Positions 43,356 through 53,711 of a stretch of DNA of 64,000 bases are shown here, one piece after another. Positions within the stretch are counted from its first letter, which is position 1, and every line of letters begins with the position of its first letter. Source of the DNA: an uncultured Verrucomicrobiae bacterium (lineage in GTDB: Bacteria; Verrucomicrobiota; Verrucomicrobiia; Limisphaerales; Palsa-1400); NCBI GenBank assembly GCA_963707025.1, contig CAVPOM010000018.1, positions 224,001-288,000 on the forward strand. The letters are read 5' to 3'. The notes beneath the pieces were generated by a model that was not told the origin of the DNA, made no database searches, and worked only from the letters and a program-made list of their open reading frames with translations. Made by a program: the position numbers and the translations under genes.

Positions 43356-44053
43356 ACCGGCGCCCCCGCTTTCTGGACAGCATCGTCGCTGGCAATCAGC
43401 CCGTCCCGGATGCGGATGATGCGGTGGGCGTGCCGGGCCACGTCCTCCTCGTGGGTGACCAGGAAAATGGTGTTGCCCTTGTCGGAAAGCACGCGGAGCA
43501 GGGCCATGATTTCCTCGCCGGTTTTGGAATCGAGGTTGCCGGTCGGCTCATCGGCCAGGACGATGGAGGGGCCGTTGACCAGGGCGCGGGCGATGGCCAC
43601 GCGCTGGCGCTGGCCGCCGGACATTTCGTTGGGCCGGTGGTGGATGCGGTCAGCCAGGCCGACGCTGGCCAGCACTTCCCGCGCCTTGCGCCGGCGCTCC
43701 CCGGCATCCAGGCCGGAGTAGATGAGCGGCAATTCCACATTGCGCAGCGCGTCGGCCCGCGGCAACAGGTTGAAGGTTTGAAAGATGAAACCGATTTCCC
43801 GGTTGCGGATTTCCGCCAGTTGGTTGTCATCCAGGTCGCTGACGTTGGTGCCGTTCAATTCATAGACTCCCGCAGTCGCCGTGTCCAGGCACCCCAGCAA
43901 GTTCATCAGGGTTGATTTGCCCGAGCCGGAAGGCCCCATGATCGCGACATATTCTCCGCGTTGCACCTCCAGGGAGACATCGCGCAAGGCATGGATGGTC
44001 TCCCCGCCCATTTCGTAGAGGCGGGTGATGTGTTGGAGTCGGATCAAGCTCAC
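43352..44053 (-). CDS. ABC transporter ATP-binding protein (MacB/LolD type)
   Basis: [38 protein letters not shown]. Confidence 0.96.
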   Translation of the reverse strand: MSLIRLQHITRLYEMGGETIHALRDVSLEVQRGEYVAIMGPSGSGKSTLMNLLGCLDTATAGVYELNGTNVSDLDDNQLAEIRNREIGFIFQTFNLLPRADALRNVELPLIYSGLDAGERRRKAREVLASVGLADRIHHRPNEMSGGQRQRVAIARALVNGPSIVLADEPTGNLDSKTGEEIMALLRVLSDKGNTIFLVTHEEDVARHAHRIIRIRDGLIASDDAVQKAGAPV

Positions 44054-44083
44054 AACCGGAGTCGTTTTGTCGCGGCCGGAAAG

Positions 44084-45406
44084 TCAGTTGGCGGCCGACT
44101 TGGGTTTGCCGGCCAGGGCGGCCTCGCCCAGCACCACCTTTTTCCCGTCCTCCAAATCGCGGTTGATGGCCTTGTAGCCGCCGGAAACCACCACCTTGCC
44201 TTCCTGCAACCCTTCGGTAATTTCCGTGTAATTATCATCGCTGATGCCGCGCTTGACCGGCACGGACTTGGCGTGGTCCCCCTCCACCAGAAAAACGACC
44301 TCGACCGGTTTGGGCGGCTCGTTGGTTTTGCCCGAAGAGGCGATCTCGTTGGTGGGGGTCAGGCTGGCCGGCGGAGAATTGGTCTGACCCGCCGCCGCCA
44401 GGGGCAGGCGGGTGGTGACGCTTTGAATCGGCACGGTCAGGGCATTGGTGCGCGAACGGGTTTCGATGTTGGCCGTCACCGACATGCCCGGCAGAAAAGC
44501 CTCCTTCTCCGTCACGCGGATTTTGACCTGAAATTTGGTCGCGTCCGTCGTGGTGGAGGCGGCCGAGGAGGCGGCGGAACTGGTGTCGTTGTTATTGGCC
44601 GAATTGGCGACATCGGTGACCACGCCATTGAATTTTTGGTCTTTGAAGGAGTCCACCTCCAAATGGACCTTCTGGCCGCAGGCGATCAACACCACGTCCA
44701 CCTCGCCCACATCCACGCGCGCCTCCATCGCGTTCAAATCAGCGATGGTCATGATCTCCGTGCCGGCCATGGTCGCCGTGCCGACGACCCTTTCGCCGAG
44801 CTGGGAATTGAGTTTGCTGACCGTGCCTTCCAAGGGCGAATAAATGGTGGTTTTGGAAAGGTCGGCGGCGGCGTTTTGCAGGGAGGCCTTGGCCATGGCC
44901 ACCGATTCGCGCGCTCCGTCCAGGGTGGTTTTGGCCACATCGCAGGTGGTTTTGGCCGTGAGAAAGTCGGAGTCGGAAATCAGCTTGGCCGTGTAAAGGC
45001 CGGAGCTTCGTTCGAATTCCAGGCGCGCCTTCTCCAAGTTGGCCTCCGCCGTGCTCTTGTTCGCCACGGCCAGATTGTAGTTGGCGGCGGCGGAATTGCT
45101 GGCGGCCAGATAATTATCCGGCCTGATCTTGACCAGCAGATCGTCTTTCTTCACATGCTGGCCCTCCTTGACCGCCAGTTGGATGATTTCGCCGCTGACT
45201 TCCGGGCTGATCTTGACCTGGGTGACCGGCTCGATTTTGCCGTTGGCCACGACTTTTTCGACGAGGTTGCGGCGAAGCACCTTCTCGGTCTCCACCGAGA
45301 CGGGCACTTCGGTTTTCTTCAAGGACGCAACCACCGCCAGCCCAATGCCGGCGGCGGCGGTGATTAAAAAAATGACAATCTTTTTCTTGCTCTTAGTTTT
45401 GGCCAT
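44084..45406 (-). CDS. MacA-like periplasmic adaptor subunit
   Basis: ANGKIEP..ISPEVSGEI..VKEGQHVKK, TIYSPLEG, PGMS, GISDD. Confidence 0.93.
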   Translation of the reverse strand: MAKTKSKKKIVIFLITAAAGIGLAVVASLKKTEVPVSVETEKVLRRNLVEKVVANGKIEPVTQVKISPEVSGEIIQLAVKEGQHVKKDDLLVKIRPDNYLAASNSAAANYNLAVANKSTAEANLEKARLEFERSSGLYTAKLISDSDFLTAKTTCDVAKTTLDGARESVAMAKASLQNAAADLSKTTIYSPLEGTVSKLNSQLGERVVGTATMAGTEIMTIADLNAMEARVDVGEVDVVLIACGQKVHLEVDSFKDQKFNGVVTDVANSANNNDTSSAASSAASTTTDATKFQVKIRVTEKEAFLPGMSVTANIETRSRTNALTVPIQSVTTRLPLAAAGQTNSPPASLTPTNEIASSGKTNEPPKPVEVVFLVEGDHAKSVPVKRGISDDNYTEITEGLQEGKVVVSGGYKAINRDLEDGKKVVLGEAALAGKPKSAAN

Positions 45407-45562
45407 CGGTTTCCTTTGCCGGCCTGGCCGGCGTCGTCAATTTTGATCCCGGCCAGCCCGGTTCTCATTAGATAGACACCACCAAACCTCCGTTTGTGTA
45501 CGCATGCACCTTTCTTTCAATCCCTGAGACGAGCGAGCCGGAAAAATCCTTTGAGATTTTTT

Positions 45563-47013
45563 CACACCCGTCTCATAAGGGGAAAAGTCTGGTGCTGACC
45601 TGTTCATTTGCAAGGGTTTAATTGGTCTTCGGGGTAAAATGAGATTTTGATTTTTCCGAGTTTGGCTTTTGGGTGTGGTATGCGCCTGTTTGGGCGCGTG
45701 TGCTGTCCCATAGCTTTATTGGAAGCCGGGGAAATACGCCTGCTCGGGCCGCGCCAAGTGGCGAAAGCTGCCGCCTGCTGTCCCATAGCACGCCAGCAAA
45801 TTGAGCAGATCATATTTCTCCCAGAGCGCCGCCCGCAAAATCGTGAACAGCCGGGTGAAGCTGTGCGCCCAGTTGGAGAGGTGACTGAGGTAGCGCAACA
45901 GCACGTAGGTCAACAGCGCCGTCCACACCTGCCAGCGCACGGCGTTGGCGTTGTGGCCCAGAAAATCCGCCAACTGCAAGGTCTGCTTGATTTGTTTGAA
46001 GAAGACTTCGATCTGCCAGCGGCAGCGGTAAAGGTCGGCCACGCTGCGCGGACTCCACTCCAGGTTGTTGGTCAGGAAGGTCATTTCCCGTTCCTCTCCA
46101 TCAATCTCGACCAGCGCCACCACCCGGCGCATCAACTCCGGCGCGGGTTTGTTCTCGTTGCTCAGGACGATCACTTCGTCGCGCAAAATCTTCGGGTCTC
46201 TGGAGGCGGGCATTTTCCGCACCACCTCATAGCCCATGTTCTCCTTGGCCCGCGTCACCCAAAAGACCCCGCGCCCGTCCAAATCCCGCAAGTGGCCGAA
46301 GTCCACATAACCCTTGTCGAACAAGGCGATTTCGCCGCTCTTCAAGTCGGCGCACAGTTCCCGCGCCCGTCGGTTGTCGTGCTCGGCGGCAGTGTCCACA
46401 ATGACAAAACCGGGCAAAAGATTCTGCAGATTCAACCGCATATGGGTTTTGGCGGCGGCCTTGCGCCGGCGGTGCTTGGCCCAGTCCAGGCAGTTGGCCA
46501 CCAGTTCCATGGTCGTGCTATCAATCACATGGATGGGCATCTTGAAACGGAAGGCGGGGCCACGGCGCTGGCCCGCGGCAAAGCCGGGCGTCTGTGCTTT
46601 CAAATGCTCCAGGACCCGCCAGAAGAGTTGTTCGGCCATCTGGGCCGGACGCTCCCGGTTGGCGTGGGAGAGGCCGTTGCGGCTGGGGGCGCTGGCGCCG
46701 CGCAAAGTGGACAGCGGCCCGGAATGCAATTGCAGCGAGTCGCACAGATCGTTGAGTCCGATGCAATGGGTGAGTTGCGCGTCCAGCAAACTGACCGTGT
46801 GACTCCACGGACTGAAGGTGCGCGACTTATCCAGAGCCCCGGTCTCCCGCGCTATTTTGGAGACTTCATGCGCAGGAATGAGATTGCAAATCTGGCGCAA
46901 AACGTTAAACCGGGACCGTGTTGGTTTGATTTTTTTGTTTTTCATGCCTGCCTTGTGGCAGGTTCAAATGGTCAAGCCAACACTTTTTTCCAATTTCCTG
47001 TGGGATGGCTGTG
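45563..47013 (-). mobile_element. Complete IS4-family insertion sequence (~1.45 kb)
   Basis: Imperfect terminal IRs CACACCCGTCTCATAAG and CACAGCCATCCCACAGG (reverse complement). TGAGATTTTTTCAC occurs at both junctions (45552 and 47012), giving a 9-13 bp target duplication depending on where the ends are drawn. Confidence 0.9.
45716..46945 (-). CDS. IS4-family DDE transposase
   Basis: IDST, FDKGY, and the YREK-type motif YRCRWQIEVFFKQIKQ. Confidence 0.96.
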   Translation of the reverse strand: MKNKKIKPTRSRFNVLRQICNLIPAHEVSKIARETGALDKSRTFSPWSHTVSLLDAQLTHCIGLNDLCDSLQLHSGPLSTLRGASAPSRNGLSHANRERPAQMAEQLFWRVLEHLKAQTPGFAAGQRRGPAFRFKMPIHVIDSTTMELVANCLDWAKHRRRKAAAKTHMRLNLQNLLPGFVIVDTAAEHDNRRARELCADLKSGEIALFDKGYVDFGHLRDLDGRGVFWVTRAKENMGYEVVRKMPASRDPKILRDEVIVLSNENKPAPELMRRVVALVEIDGEEREMTFLTNNLEWSPRSVADLYRCRWQIEVFFKQIKQTLQLADFLGHNANAVRWQVWTALLTYVLLRYLSHLSNWAHSFTRLFTILRAALWEKYDLLNLLACYGTAGGSFRHLARPEQAYFPGFQ

Positions 47014-47442
47014 AGATTTTTTCACTCCGCCGGATGAGTGGTTGCATTTCACGTTTTTGGGTGGCTTCTCCTAATTTTAAGCTGATTCGCCATTCCCTGA
47101 CGATTCCCCCTTTGCCCCAAACCAAACGCTCCACGCCAGACTAGCGAATGAGGTCAGGCCGGTCAAGGGCGGTGAATGGCTCCTTTTTTACAGAATGCTT
47201 GTTTTTGCAAGGCGTCCGGCGAGAGGGGCCAGCGGTTTGCGCCCCTCCCCAGCAGCGCTTGGCCTTGGCCTGGTTTATGCTTCATGGAAGCGTGCCAGAA
47301 TCCGGCACACCTTCCTTTGCCAACGTCTTCCGCGTTCACGTTAAGTAGAATGCCGGCGGGGGTGAAAAGTTTCAGCGGCCTTGCCGCCCAGACCGCCGCC
47401 CCAGGGGAGCGGCCCGCAAAGGAGGCATGCAATTTGAACGCT

Positions 47443-48354
47443 ATGAAAACAGGTTACCTGATAGACATGGATGGAGTCATCTACCGGGAGGAGTCCTTGG
47501 TTCCCGGAGCGGCGGACTTTGTGCAGACCTTGCTGGCGCTGGGAACCCCGTTTCTGTTCCTCACCAACAATTCCTCTCCCACCCCGGAGGATCTGGCGGT
47601 GCGCCTGAAACATCTGGGCATCCAAGGCTTGTCCGAACGGCACTTCTACACCTCGGCCCTCAACACGGCGGATTTTCTGAGTGAAACCGACCCGGGCTGC
47701 ACGGTCTTCGTCATTGGCGAGGGCGGCCTGCTGGCGGCGCTGCACCAGCGTAAAATTGCCAGCGACACCATCGCCCCGCGCTATGTCATCGTGGGCGAAG
47801 GGGCCGCCACCATGGAACGGCTGGCCAAAGCGCACGAATGCATCGAACGCGGCGCCGGCCTGCTGGCCACCAATCCCGACAACTGGTGCCCGGTCTCCAG
47901 CAAAAGCACCCGTCCGGGCGCCGGCGCCACCGCCGCTTTCCTGGAGGCCAGCACCGGACGCCGGGCCTATTATCTGGGCAAGCCCAACGGCTATATGTTT
48001 CAGCAGGCCCAACGCAAACTGGCCGGGCACGCCCTCAACCAGCCCGACCAGGTGGTGATGATCGGCGACACCATGGAGACCGACATCCGCGGCGCGTTTG
48101 AAGCCGGGTTGCAATCGTTCCTGGTCTTGAGCGGCTCGACGCAACTGGAAAACGTGGGGGACTATGTGTATCAGCCCACCCGCATTCTCCAAAGCGTGGG
48201 CGATCTGGTGGAGGAACTGAAGACCGGCAAGCCGAGCCATAATCTGGACAGCCCCACTTTTGGCAGCGCGCACCCCAACCGCTCCGGCGCGCGGCATCAA
48301 ACCGACATCCTGGCCCTTTACAAACCGCGTCCCCGGCCCGCCATGACCAAATGA
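47443..48354 (+). CDS. HAD-IIA (NagD-like) phosphatase
   Basis: IDMDGVIY, LTNNS, ATNPD, GKPN, MIGDTMETDI. Confidence 0.93.
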   Translation: MKTGYLIDMDGVIYREESLVPGAADFVQTLLALGTPFLFLTNNSSPTPEDLAVRLKHLGIQGLSERHFYTSALNTADFLSETDPGCTVFVIGEGGLLAALHQRKIASDTIAPRYVIVGEGAATMERLAKAHECIERGAGLLATNPDNWCPVSSKSTRPGAGATAAFLEASTGRRAYYLGKPNGYMFQQAQRKLAGHALNQPDQVVMIGDTMETDIRGAFEAGLQSFLVLSGSTQLENVGDYVYQPTRILQSVGDLVEELKTGKPSHNLDSPTFGSAHPNRSGARHQTDILALYKPRPRPAMTK

Positions 48355-48374
48355 ACGCCGCGCATTCCGACCCT

Positions 48375-48458
48375 TTGGAGTGCGGCGGCTTGCCGCGGCT
48401 TTGTCGCGCGCGGATCAGGCTCAACCCGCAAGCGGGACTGGGCTTCCCGCACTCCCAA
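48375..48458. repeat. GGAG-type REP-like inverted doublet
   Basis: ttGGAGTGCGGcggcttgccgcgg ... agcgggactgggcttCCCGCACTCC. Confidence 0.65.
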
Positions 48459-48549
48459 TCAACCGCCCTCACCCTTTCCAGAAAAAGCGGTTGAGGCAAG
48501 TGAAGAGATTTCAGTTTATCGTCCTGCCGGGTTGGGTTATGATTTTTTC

Positions 48550-49320
48550 ATGGATTCACCATTGTCCGGCAAATGGGTTTTGATCACCGGCGCTTCGAGC
48601 GGGTTCGGCGAGGCGGCGGCGCGGGCGTTTGCGGCGGCCGGCGGCCAATTGCTGCTGGGCGCGCGGCGGGTGGACCGGCTGGAAAGGATCGCGGCGGAAA
48701 TCCGCCAGCCCGGCGCCAGCCACGTCCTCGATGTGGCCAGCACGGCGAGCGTGGAGAAGTTCGTGAAATGGGCGCGCGCGAAAACCGCCCGGGTGGATGT
48801 GTTGATCAACAATGCCGGCGGCGCGCAAGGCCTGGACCCGGTGGCCTCGGGCCGGGACGAGGATTGGGAAACGATGCTGCAAAGCAACGTGCTGGGCTTG
48901 CTGCGGGTGACGCGGGCGGTGCTGCCGCTGATGGTGGACCATGCGGGAGGCTCGATTTTAAACATCGGTTCCATCGCCGGCCACACCGCTTACGAAGGCG
49001 GGGCGGTCTATTGCGCGGCCAAGGCGGGCGAACGAAAAATCACCCAGTCGCTCCGCTTGGAACTGAGCGGGACCGGCGTGCGCGTCGGTTCCCTGGATCC
49101 CGGCCTGGCGGAGACGGAGTTTTCCAGGGTGCGATTCAAAGGGGACGAGGCCAAGGCCAAAAAAGTGTATGAAGGCATCCAGCCGCTCACGGCGGAGGAC
49201 ATCGCGGAAACACTGGTCTGGATGGCGAGCCGTCCGCCGCATGTGAACATAGACGAGATGGTGATCAAGCCGACCGATCAGGCGGCCATCCACAAGGTTT
49301 TTCGCCGGACGAAGCAATAA
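48550..49320 (+). CDS. SDR oxidoreductase (YdfG-like)
   Basis: TGASSGFG, LINNAG, GSIAG, YCAAK, PGLAETEFS. Confidence 0.94.
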   Translation: MDSPLSGKWVLITGASSGFGEAAARAFAAAGGQLLLGARRVDRLERIAAEIRQPGASHVLDVASTASVEKFVKWARAKTARVDVLINNAGGAQGLDPVASGRDEDWETMLQSNVLGLLRVTRAVLPLMVDHAGGSILNIGSIAGHTAYEGGAVYCAAKAGERKITQSLRLELSGTGVRVGSLDPGLAETEFSRVRFKGDEAKAKKVYEGIQPLTAEDIAETLVWMASRPPHVNIDEMVIKPTDQAAIHKVFRRTKQ

Positions 49321-49327
49321 GCCTGCG

Positions 49328-49399
49328 GTAGCGGCACTCTATGAGCGCCGCACTTTTTCCGCAGGGAAAAATGCGGCGGTCACAGACCGCCGCTACATT
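49328..49399. repeat. GTAG-type REP doublet, copy A
   Basis: GTAGCGGCACTCTATGAGCGCCG-spacer-CGGCGGTCACAGACCGCCGCTAC. Confidence 0.85.
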
Positions 49400-49634
49400 A
49401 TTTGCGGGGCTTGCTTTTGCCGGTGGTGGTCCCCACTTCCAACCGTGTTACGAGCATCATGTCCATAACATTATACGAGCCGTCCGGTTGGTAAACGATC
49501 ATCTCCCGACCCGTGGGCGCGACCGCCACGAAGTCTTCGTGCTTGACAGGAATACTCCCGCCATCTGCCACCACAATCACAAAATTGCGGAAGGGTTGGT
49601 TGTGCAACCTCTTCCGAATCTCGTCCGCTTTCAT
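49398..49634 (-). CDS. Small hypothetical protein (78 aa)
   Basis: MKADEIRKRLHNQPFRNFVIVVADGGSIPVKHEDF; preceded by TTGAAT-16 nt-TAGGCT-6 nt-ATG. Confidence 0.8.
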   Translation of the reverse strand: MKADEIRKRLHNQPFRNFVIVVADGGSIPVKHEDFVAVAPTGREMIVYQPDGSYNVMDMMLVTRLEVGTTTGKSKPRK

Positions 49635-49724
49635 GCTCCGAGCCTACTTCAGCCGGGCGGGAATTCAAAAGGTTTATTTCAAGCAGCCGGCTAGTTTTGG
49701 GCGGGCCGCGAAGGGCAGGACGGA

Positions 49725-49789
49725 CACTCTATGAGCGCCGCACATTCTGCCGGGGGAAAAATGCGGCGGTCACAGACCGCCGCTACATT
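49725..49789. repeat. GTAG-type REP doublet, copy B (left end truncated)
   Basis: 65-bp direct repeat of 49335-49399 that differs only in the central spacer. Confidence 0.88.
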
Positions 49790-49800
49790 GAATCGGAGGC

Positions 49801-52800
49801 TTATTTCACAAGGGGGGCGTTGGGATCGCGTTCGGGGATTTCGATGACATCGCCGTCGCGCAGCCAGAGATCATTATCGTTGTTGGATGCCATGCCCAAC
49901 CCCCGGCCACCTCCACCACCCCCGCCGCCGCCGCCTCCTCCTCCGCCCCTGCGGCCTCTGCCCCCCATACCGGGGCCGAGCGGTTCAAGGCTGTAAAGCA
50001 GTTCCTTGCCATTGCGGGTGACTTTGACGCGGGACAGGTCGGAGGAAAGCAACAGGACATTGGCTTGATGCACCACCTCGTTGAGGGAAAAGGTGTAAAG
50101 AGTTCTTTCCGCGGGATGACTGGGCGCTTCACCTGCGGGAAGAACGGTCCCCGCCACGGTCACGGTACCGCCTGAAAAAAACACGGAGCCTGGCCCGGGG
50201 TTTTCTGGGATGGCGGGCAACAGGGTCAGCTTCGTGGTCTGTCCTTTGACCACAATTTGCACCTGGCGCTTCAAACAATTTGTGAGGGTTTCCCTTTCTT
50301 TGTCGGACAGCGGAGACGGAGGTTGGTTGAGGAGATGATCCGATTGGGGAATTTGCACCACATCGCCCCATGCCAAGGGCATATCCTTGGAACAGTCGCC
50401 GGAGGCGAGAATGTCCTCCAGATTAACGTTGATTTCCTCCTTGCCGCCGCCTGGCTTGAGACGATTGATGACGACATGAGCAAAGTCGGGAAAGTCCACG
50501 GGCGGGTAGCCGTTGTGACTCTTGCAGGCCTCGGCCAGGGTTTCCAGGAGGGTGTAATGATTGGCTGAATTGGTTCCCTTGTAGAAAACATCCTGGCCAA
50601 TGGAGCCGGTGCCTTTTTGGGCGATGAAAATGCGCGCCAGGCGCTGGTAATCTTCGTTGGCGCCGGCTTTGAGCAAGGCGGCTTTTATTTCTTCCTGGGA
50701 ATTGGGTGAGTATCCCATAAAGGCCAGCGGAGGCATGCCCCGCTCGTCGGGTTTGTTGGGATCGGCATGGTGGTCGAGCAGCTCCTGAACTGATTTTAGC
50801 TGGCCGCGCATGACGGCGAGGGACAACGGTGTCTTTCCCTCCCGGTCCGCCAGGTCGGGATTGGCGCCGTGGTCCAAAAGGATTTTGAGTTCTTCCGCCT
50901 GGTTGTTGTTGTTGCAATGCAACACCCAATGCAATGGCGTGAAGGAGCCTTGAAAAATGTTGTTGGCATAATCATTAAACCAGGCGTTGGGATCCGCATG
51001 GCTGGCCAGCAACAGTTCCATCTCATCGGTCCGGCCAAACTGTATGGCTAAATCCAGCGCATGGATGCCGGGAACAATAGGGCCCCAGGAGCCGCCGTCT
51101 TCCTTGCTGTGAGCTTGCGGGTCCGCGCCGTTGTCCAAGAGAATTTTTACAAGGTAGGTGGCAGCAGAACCCAAGCCCGAGGAGGAGGCGGGCCGTCCGG
51201 GATAGGCACCCAAAGGGAGTCCTCCGGGAAAGTTAGCGTTGCCGGGACCGGCGCCCATTGCATACACGTTTTGCGGGCCTTGTGAGTATCCTCCGCTGGC
51301 GTCAACGTCCGATCTGGCGACCGCAAAAAGCAAGGGCGTGATGCCGGAGTCCGAGGTGGCGTTGACGTCCGCTTTGTCGCTCAGCAGCAGTTTAACCAAC
51401 TCGACCTGGTTGTTTAGGACGGCGGAATGCAGCGGGGTAAAACCGGATTTATTGTGGTGGTTGACCTCGGCCTTGGCGACCAGAAGCAGTTTAGCGGCTT
51501 CGGTTTGGTTGTTCTGCCTGGCCATGAACAACGGCGTCTCGCCTGCGGAATCCGTATAGTTGACGTCCGCCTTGCCGGCCAGGAGCAGTTGCACCAGCTC
51601 GGTGTGGTTGTAGGAAACCGCCGGGAAGAGCGGCGTTTGGCCATCCAGGGAGGCCGCGTTGACCTCCGCGCCGTGGGCGAGGAGCAGTTCGGCCACGGCG
51701 CTGAATCCACTGCTGGCGGCGACATGCAAGGCGGTGGATCTGTCCGAGCGGCGCGCATTGACGGCGGCATTGTGGGCAATAAGGACTTCTGCCACCGTTT
51801 TGAATCCTTTGACGACGGCATTGTAGAGCGGCATCCCGGCATTGACATCGGCCCCTTTGGCCAGCAACAGTTCGATCATGGCTTTGTTGCCGTTTTTCGC
51901 GGCGAGGCTCAGGGGCGTTTCACCCCTGGAGCTGGCGCTATCAACATTGGCGCCATTGGCCAGGAGCAGTTCGGCCGCGGCGATGTTTCCGTTAAGAACC
52001 GATTGTTGCAGAGGAGTGACTCCGTTGTTCGGCGTGTTGATCAGATCGGGGCTGTTGCGAATCATTTCCCTGATCTTGCGGACTTCCTCGTCTTCGGCGG
52101 AAGTGGCGGAATTCTCCACGGCAGAGCCGCCAGCCGGCGCGTTTGCGGCCACCCCTTGCCGGGCTTGATCGAGCAGCACCCGCAGGGAATCGCCCTGATC
52201 GTGCAGCACTTGAGCTTCTTTCTGGAGGCCCCAAACGAGAGCGTCAACACGGTTGGTCACCCTGTAATTAGCCTCGGTCAAAACATTCTGTGCTGCTGAA
52301 TAAGCTGGATGGTTAGATCCGTATCCCATGTGCTGCGCCTCGCTGAATTGGGTGACGGCTTTGGCGCGATCACTCAGAAAACCCACCAGGGTGGAATCGG
52401 ACTTGACGGTGGTAAAGTATTTTTCCTCCTCCGGCTTGCTCATATTGGTGACCGCCGCCAGCTCGGCCTCGACGGGAATCAGTTTCAGCTTTAGGTCATC
52501 GTAAGCGGATTGAAGTTGCTGGAGTTTGGCGTCAGACCCGCCGGCGGCGAGGGTGGCGGCCTTGGCTCCGCCCAAATAGTCGGAGCAGAGTTTGGCCAGA
52601 TTGGTCTGGTCGGGGAACTCGCGCAGGACGCGTTCGTATTGAACGCCGGCCTCGTTGGTCTTGCCCAGTTTGCGGAAGCATTCGCCCAGGCGGAAAACGG
52701 CGGTGGCGGCAAGCTGGCGGTCCGTGTCGAAACCGTCAATGGCCGCCTGGTAGTGGCGCATGGCGGCTTGGAGGTTGTGGTTGGCTTCCTCCTCGAAGAG

Positions 52801-52899
52801 GCCCTTTTGCAGCAGGGCGGTGATGTCGTTGGTAGCGGCGAAAACAGATCCGGCGGACATAAAGAGCGCCGCGAAAATGGCAGTCATTTTTAATTTCAT
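49801..52899 (-). CDS. Secreted TPR + coiled-coil + ankyrin-repeat protein
   Basis: Signal peptide, TPR-like AVFRLGECFRKLG, many G-x-T-P/A-L-H/F ankyrin repeats, Gly-rich C-terminal insert, LRDGDVIEIP end. Confidence 0.9.
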   Translation of the reverse strand: MKLKMTAIFAALFMSAGSVFAATNDITALLQKGLFEEEANHNLQAAMRHYQAAIDGFDTDRQLAATAVFRLGECFRKLGKTNEAGVQYERVLREFPDQTNLAKLCSDYLGGAKAATLAAGGSDAKLQQLQSAYDDLKLKLIPVEAELAAVTNMSKPEEEKYFTTVKSDSTLVGFLSDRAKAVTQFSEAQHMGYGSNHPAYSAAQNVLTEANYRVTNRVDALVWGLQKEAQVLHDQGDSLRVLLDQARQGVAANAPAGGSAVENSATSAEDEEVRKIREMIRNSPDLINTPNNGVTPLQQSVLNGNIAAAELLLANGANVDSASSRGETPLSLAAKNGNKAMIELLLAKGADVNAGMPLYNAVVKGFKTVAEVLIAHNAAVNARRSDRSTALHVAASSGFSAVAELLLAHGAEVNAASLDGQTPLFPAVSYNHTELVQLLLAGKADVNYTDSAGETPLFMARQNNQTEAAKLLLVAKAEVNHHNKSGFTPLHSAVLNNQVELVKLLLSDKADVNATSDSGITPLLFAVARSDVDASGGYSQGPQNVYAMGAGPGNANFPGGLPLGAYPGRPASSSGLGSAATYLVKILLDNGADPQAHSKEDGGSWGPIVPGIHALDLAIQFGRTDEMELLLASHADPNAWFNDYANNIFQGSFTPLHWVLHCNNNNQAEELKILLDHGANPDLADREGKTPLSLAVMRGQLKSVQELLDHHADPNKPDERGMPPLAFMGYSPNSQEEIKAALLKAGANEDYQRLARIFIAQKGTGSIGQDVFYKGTNSANHYTLLETLAEACKSHNGYPPVDFPDFAHVVINRLKPGGGKEEINVNLEDILASGDCSKDMPLAWGDVVQIPQSDHLLNQPPSPLSDKERETLTNCLKRQVQIVVKGQTTKLTLLPAIPENPGPGSVFFSGGTVTVAGTVLPAGEAPSHPAERTLYTFSLNEVVHQANVLLLSSDLSRVKVTRNGKELLYSLEPLGPGMGGRGRRGGGGGGGGGGGGGGRGLGMASNNDNDLWLRDGDVIEIPERDPNAPLVK

Positions 52900-52963
52900 G
52901 GTGTGAGGTTGCCCGGTTGGGAACGATGCGTTGTCATGGTTTTGTAAAATCGGGGGGAGAGCA

Positions 52964-53008
52964 GGATTGAGATTAAGATTAGGATTAGGATTAAGATTAA
53001 GATTAGGA
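52964..53008. repeat. Hexamer tandem repeat (GATTAA/GATTAG), about 7 units
   Basis: ggattgagattaagattaggattaggattaagattaagattagga; it supplies the response regulator stop codon. Confidence 0.9.
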
Positions 53009-53710
53009 TGCGGAGGGAGGGTCCAGGCGGTAGCCGATGCCGTGGACGGTCTTGATCCAGCGCGGCGCTTCGGGATTGGGTTCCAGGGCGGCGCGCAGGC
53101 TGGCGATGTGCGTGTCCACGGTGCGGGTGGTGGGAAAGGCGGTGTAGCCCCAGACCACGTCCAGAAAACGTTCGCGCGAAACCGGCTCGCCGGGCGTCTC
53201 CATCATCAGGCGCAACATGGCGAATTCCTTGGCGGTCAGATGGAGCGGGGTCTTTTTGCGCCAGGCCTGTTGCCGCGCGAAATCAATCTGCACGTCGCCC
53301 AGGCGGAGGGAATCCAGGACGCGCCCGCGCTTGCGGGCGCGCCGCAACAGGGCCCGCACGCGCGCCAGCAGTTCGTCGGTGCTGAACGGTTTGACCAAAT
53401 AATCATCCGCGCCGGCATCGAGACCCCGGACCCGGTCGTCAATCTGCCCTTTGGCAGTGAGCATAAGGACGGGCACCGGGTTGGCCAGACGGCGCAACTC
53501 GGCGCAGAGGGCGTAACCGTCCAGGCGCGGCATCATGATGTCGAGCAGGAGGAGGTCGGGGCGTTCCTCGATGGCGCGGCGGAGGCCGGTTTCGCCCTCG
53601 GCGGCGGTGAGGACGCGGTAGCCTTCGCTTTCGAGACAATCTTGCAGCGCGGTGCGCATGGGCAATTCATCCTCGATGACCAGAATTCTGGGATGGTTGG
53701 GCGGGTCCAT
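53003..53710 (-). CDS. OmpR-family response regulator
   Basis: ILVIEDE, LDIMMP, GADDYLVKPF, LTAKEF, RTVDTHI, TVHGIGYR. Confidence 0.96.
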   Translation of the reverse strand: MDPPNHPRILVIEDELPMRTALQDCLESEGYRVLTAAEGETGLRRAIEERPDLLLLDIMMPRLDGYALCAELRRLANPVPVLMLTAKGQIDDRVRGLDAGADDYLVKPFSTDELLARVRALLRRARKRGRVLDSLRLGDVQIDFARQQAWRKKTPLHLTAKEFAMLRLMMETPGEPVSRERFLDVVWGYTAFPTTRTVDTHIASLRAALEPNPEAPRWIKTVHGIGYRLDPPSAS

Positions 53711-53711
53711 T

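Noticed and set aside
47014..47442. Long leader upstream of the HAD gene as a possible riboswitch or ncRNA
   Set aside because: I could not recognise a conserved riboswitch motif by eye. An Rfam/Infernal scan would be needed.
49895..49975. GGC/GGA-rich tract
   Set aside because: It encodes a Gly-rich linker in the ankyrin protein and is ordinary coding low complexity.
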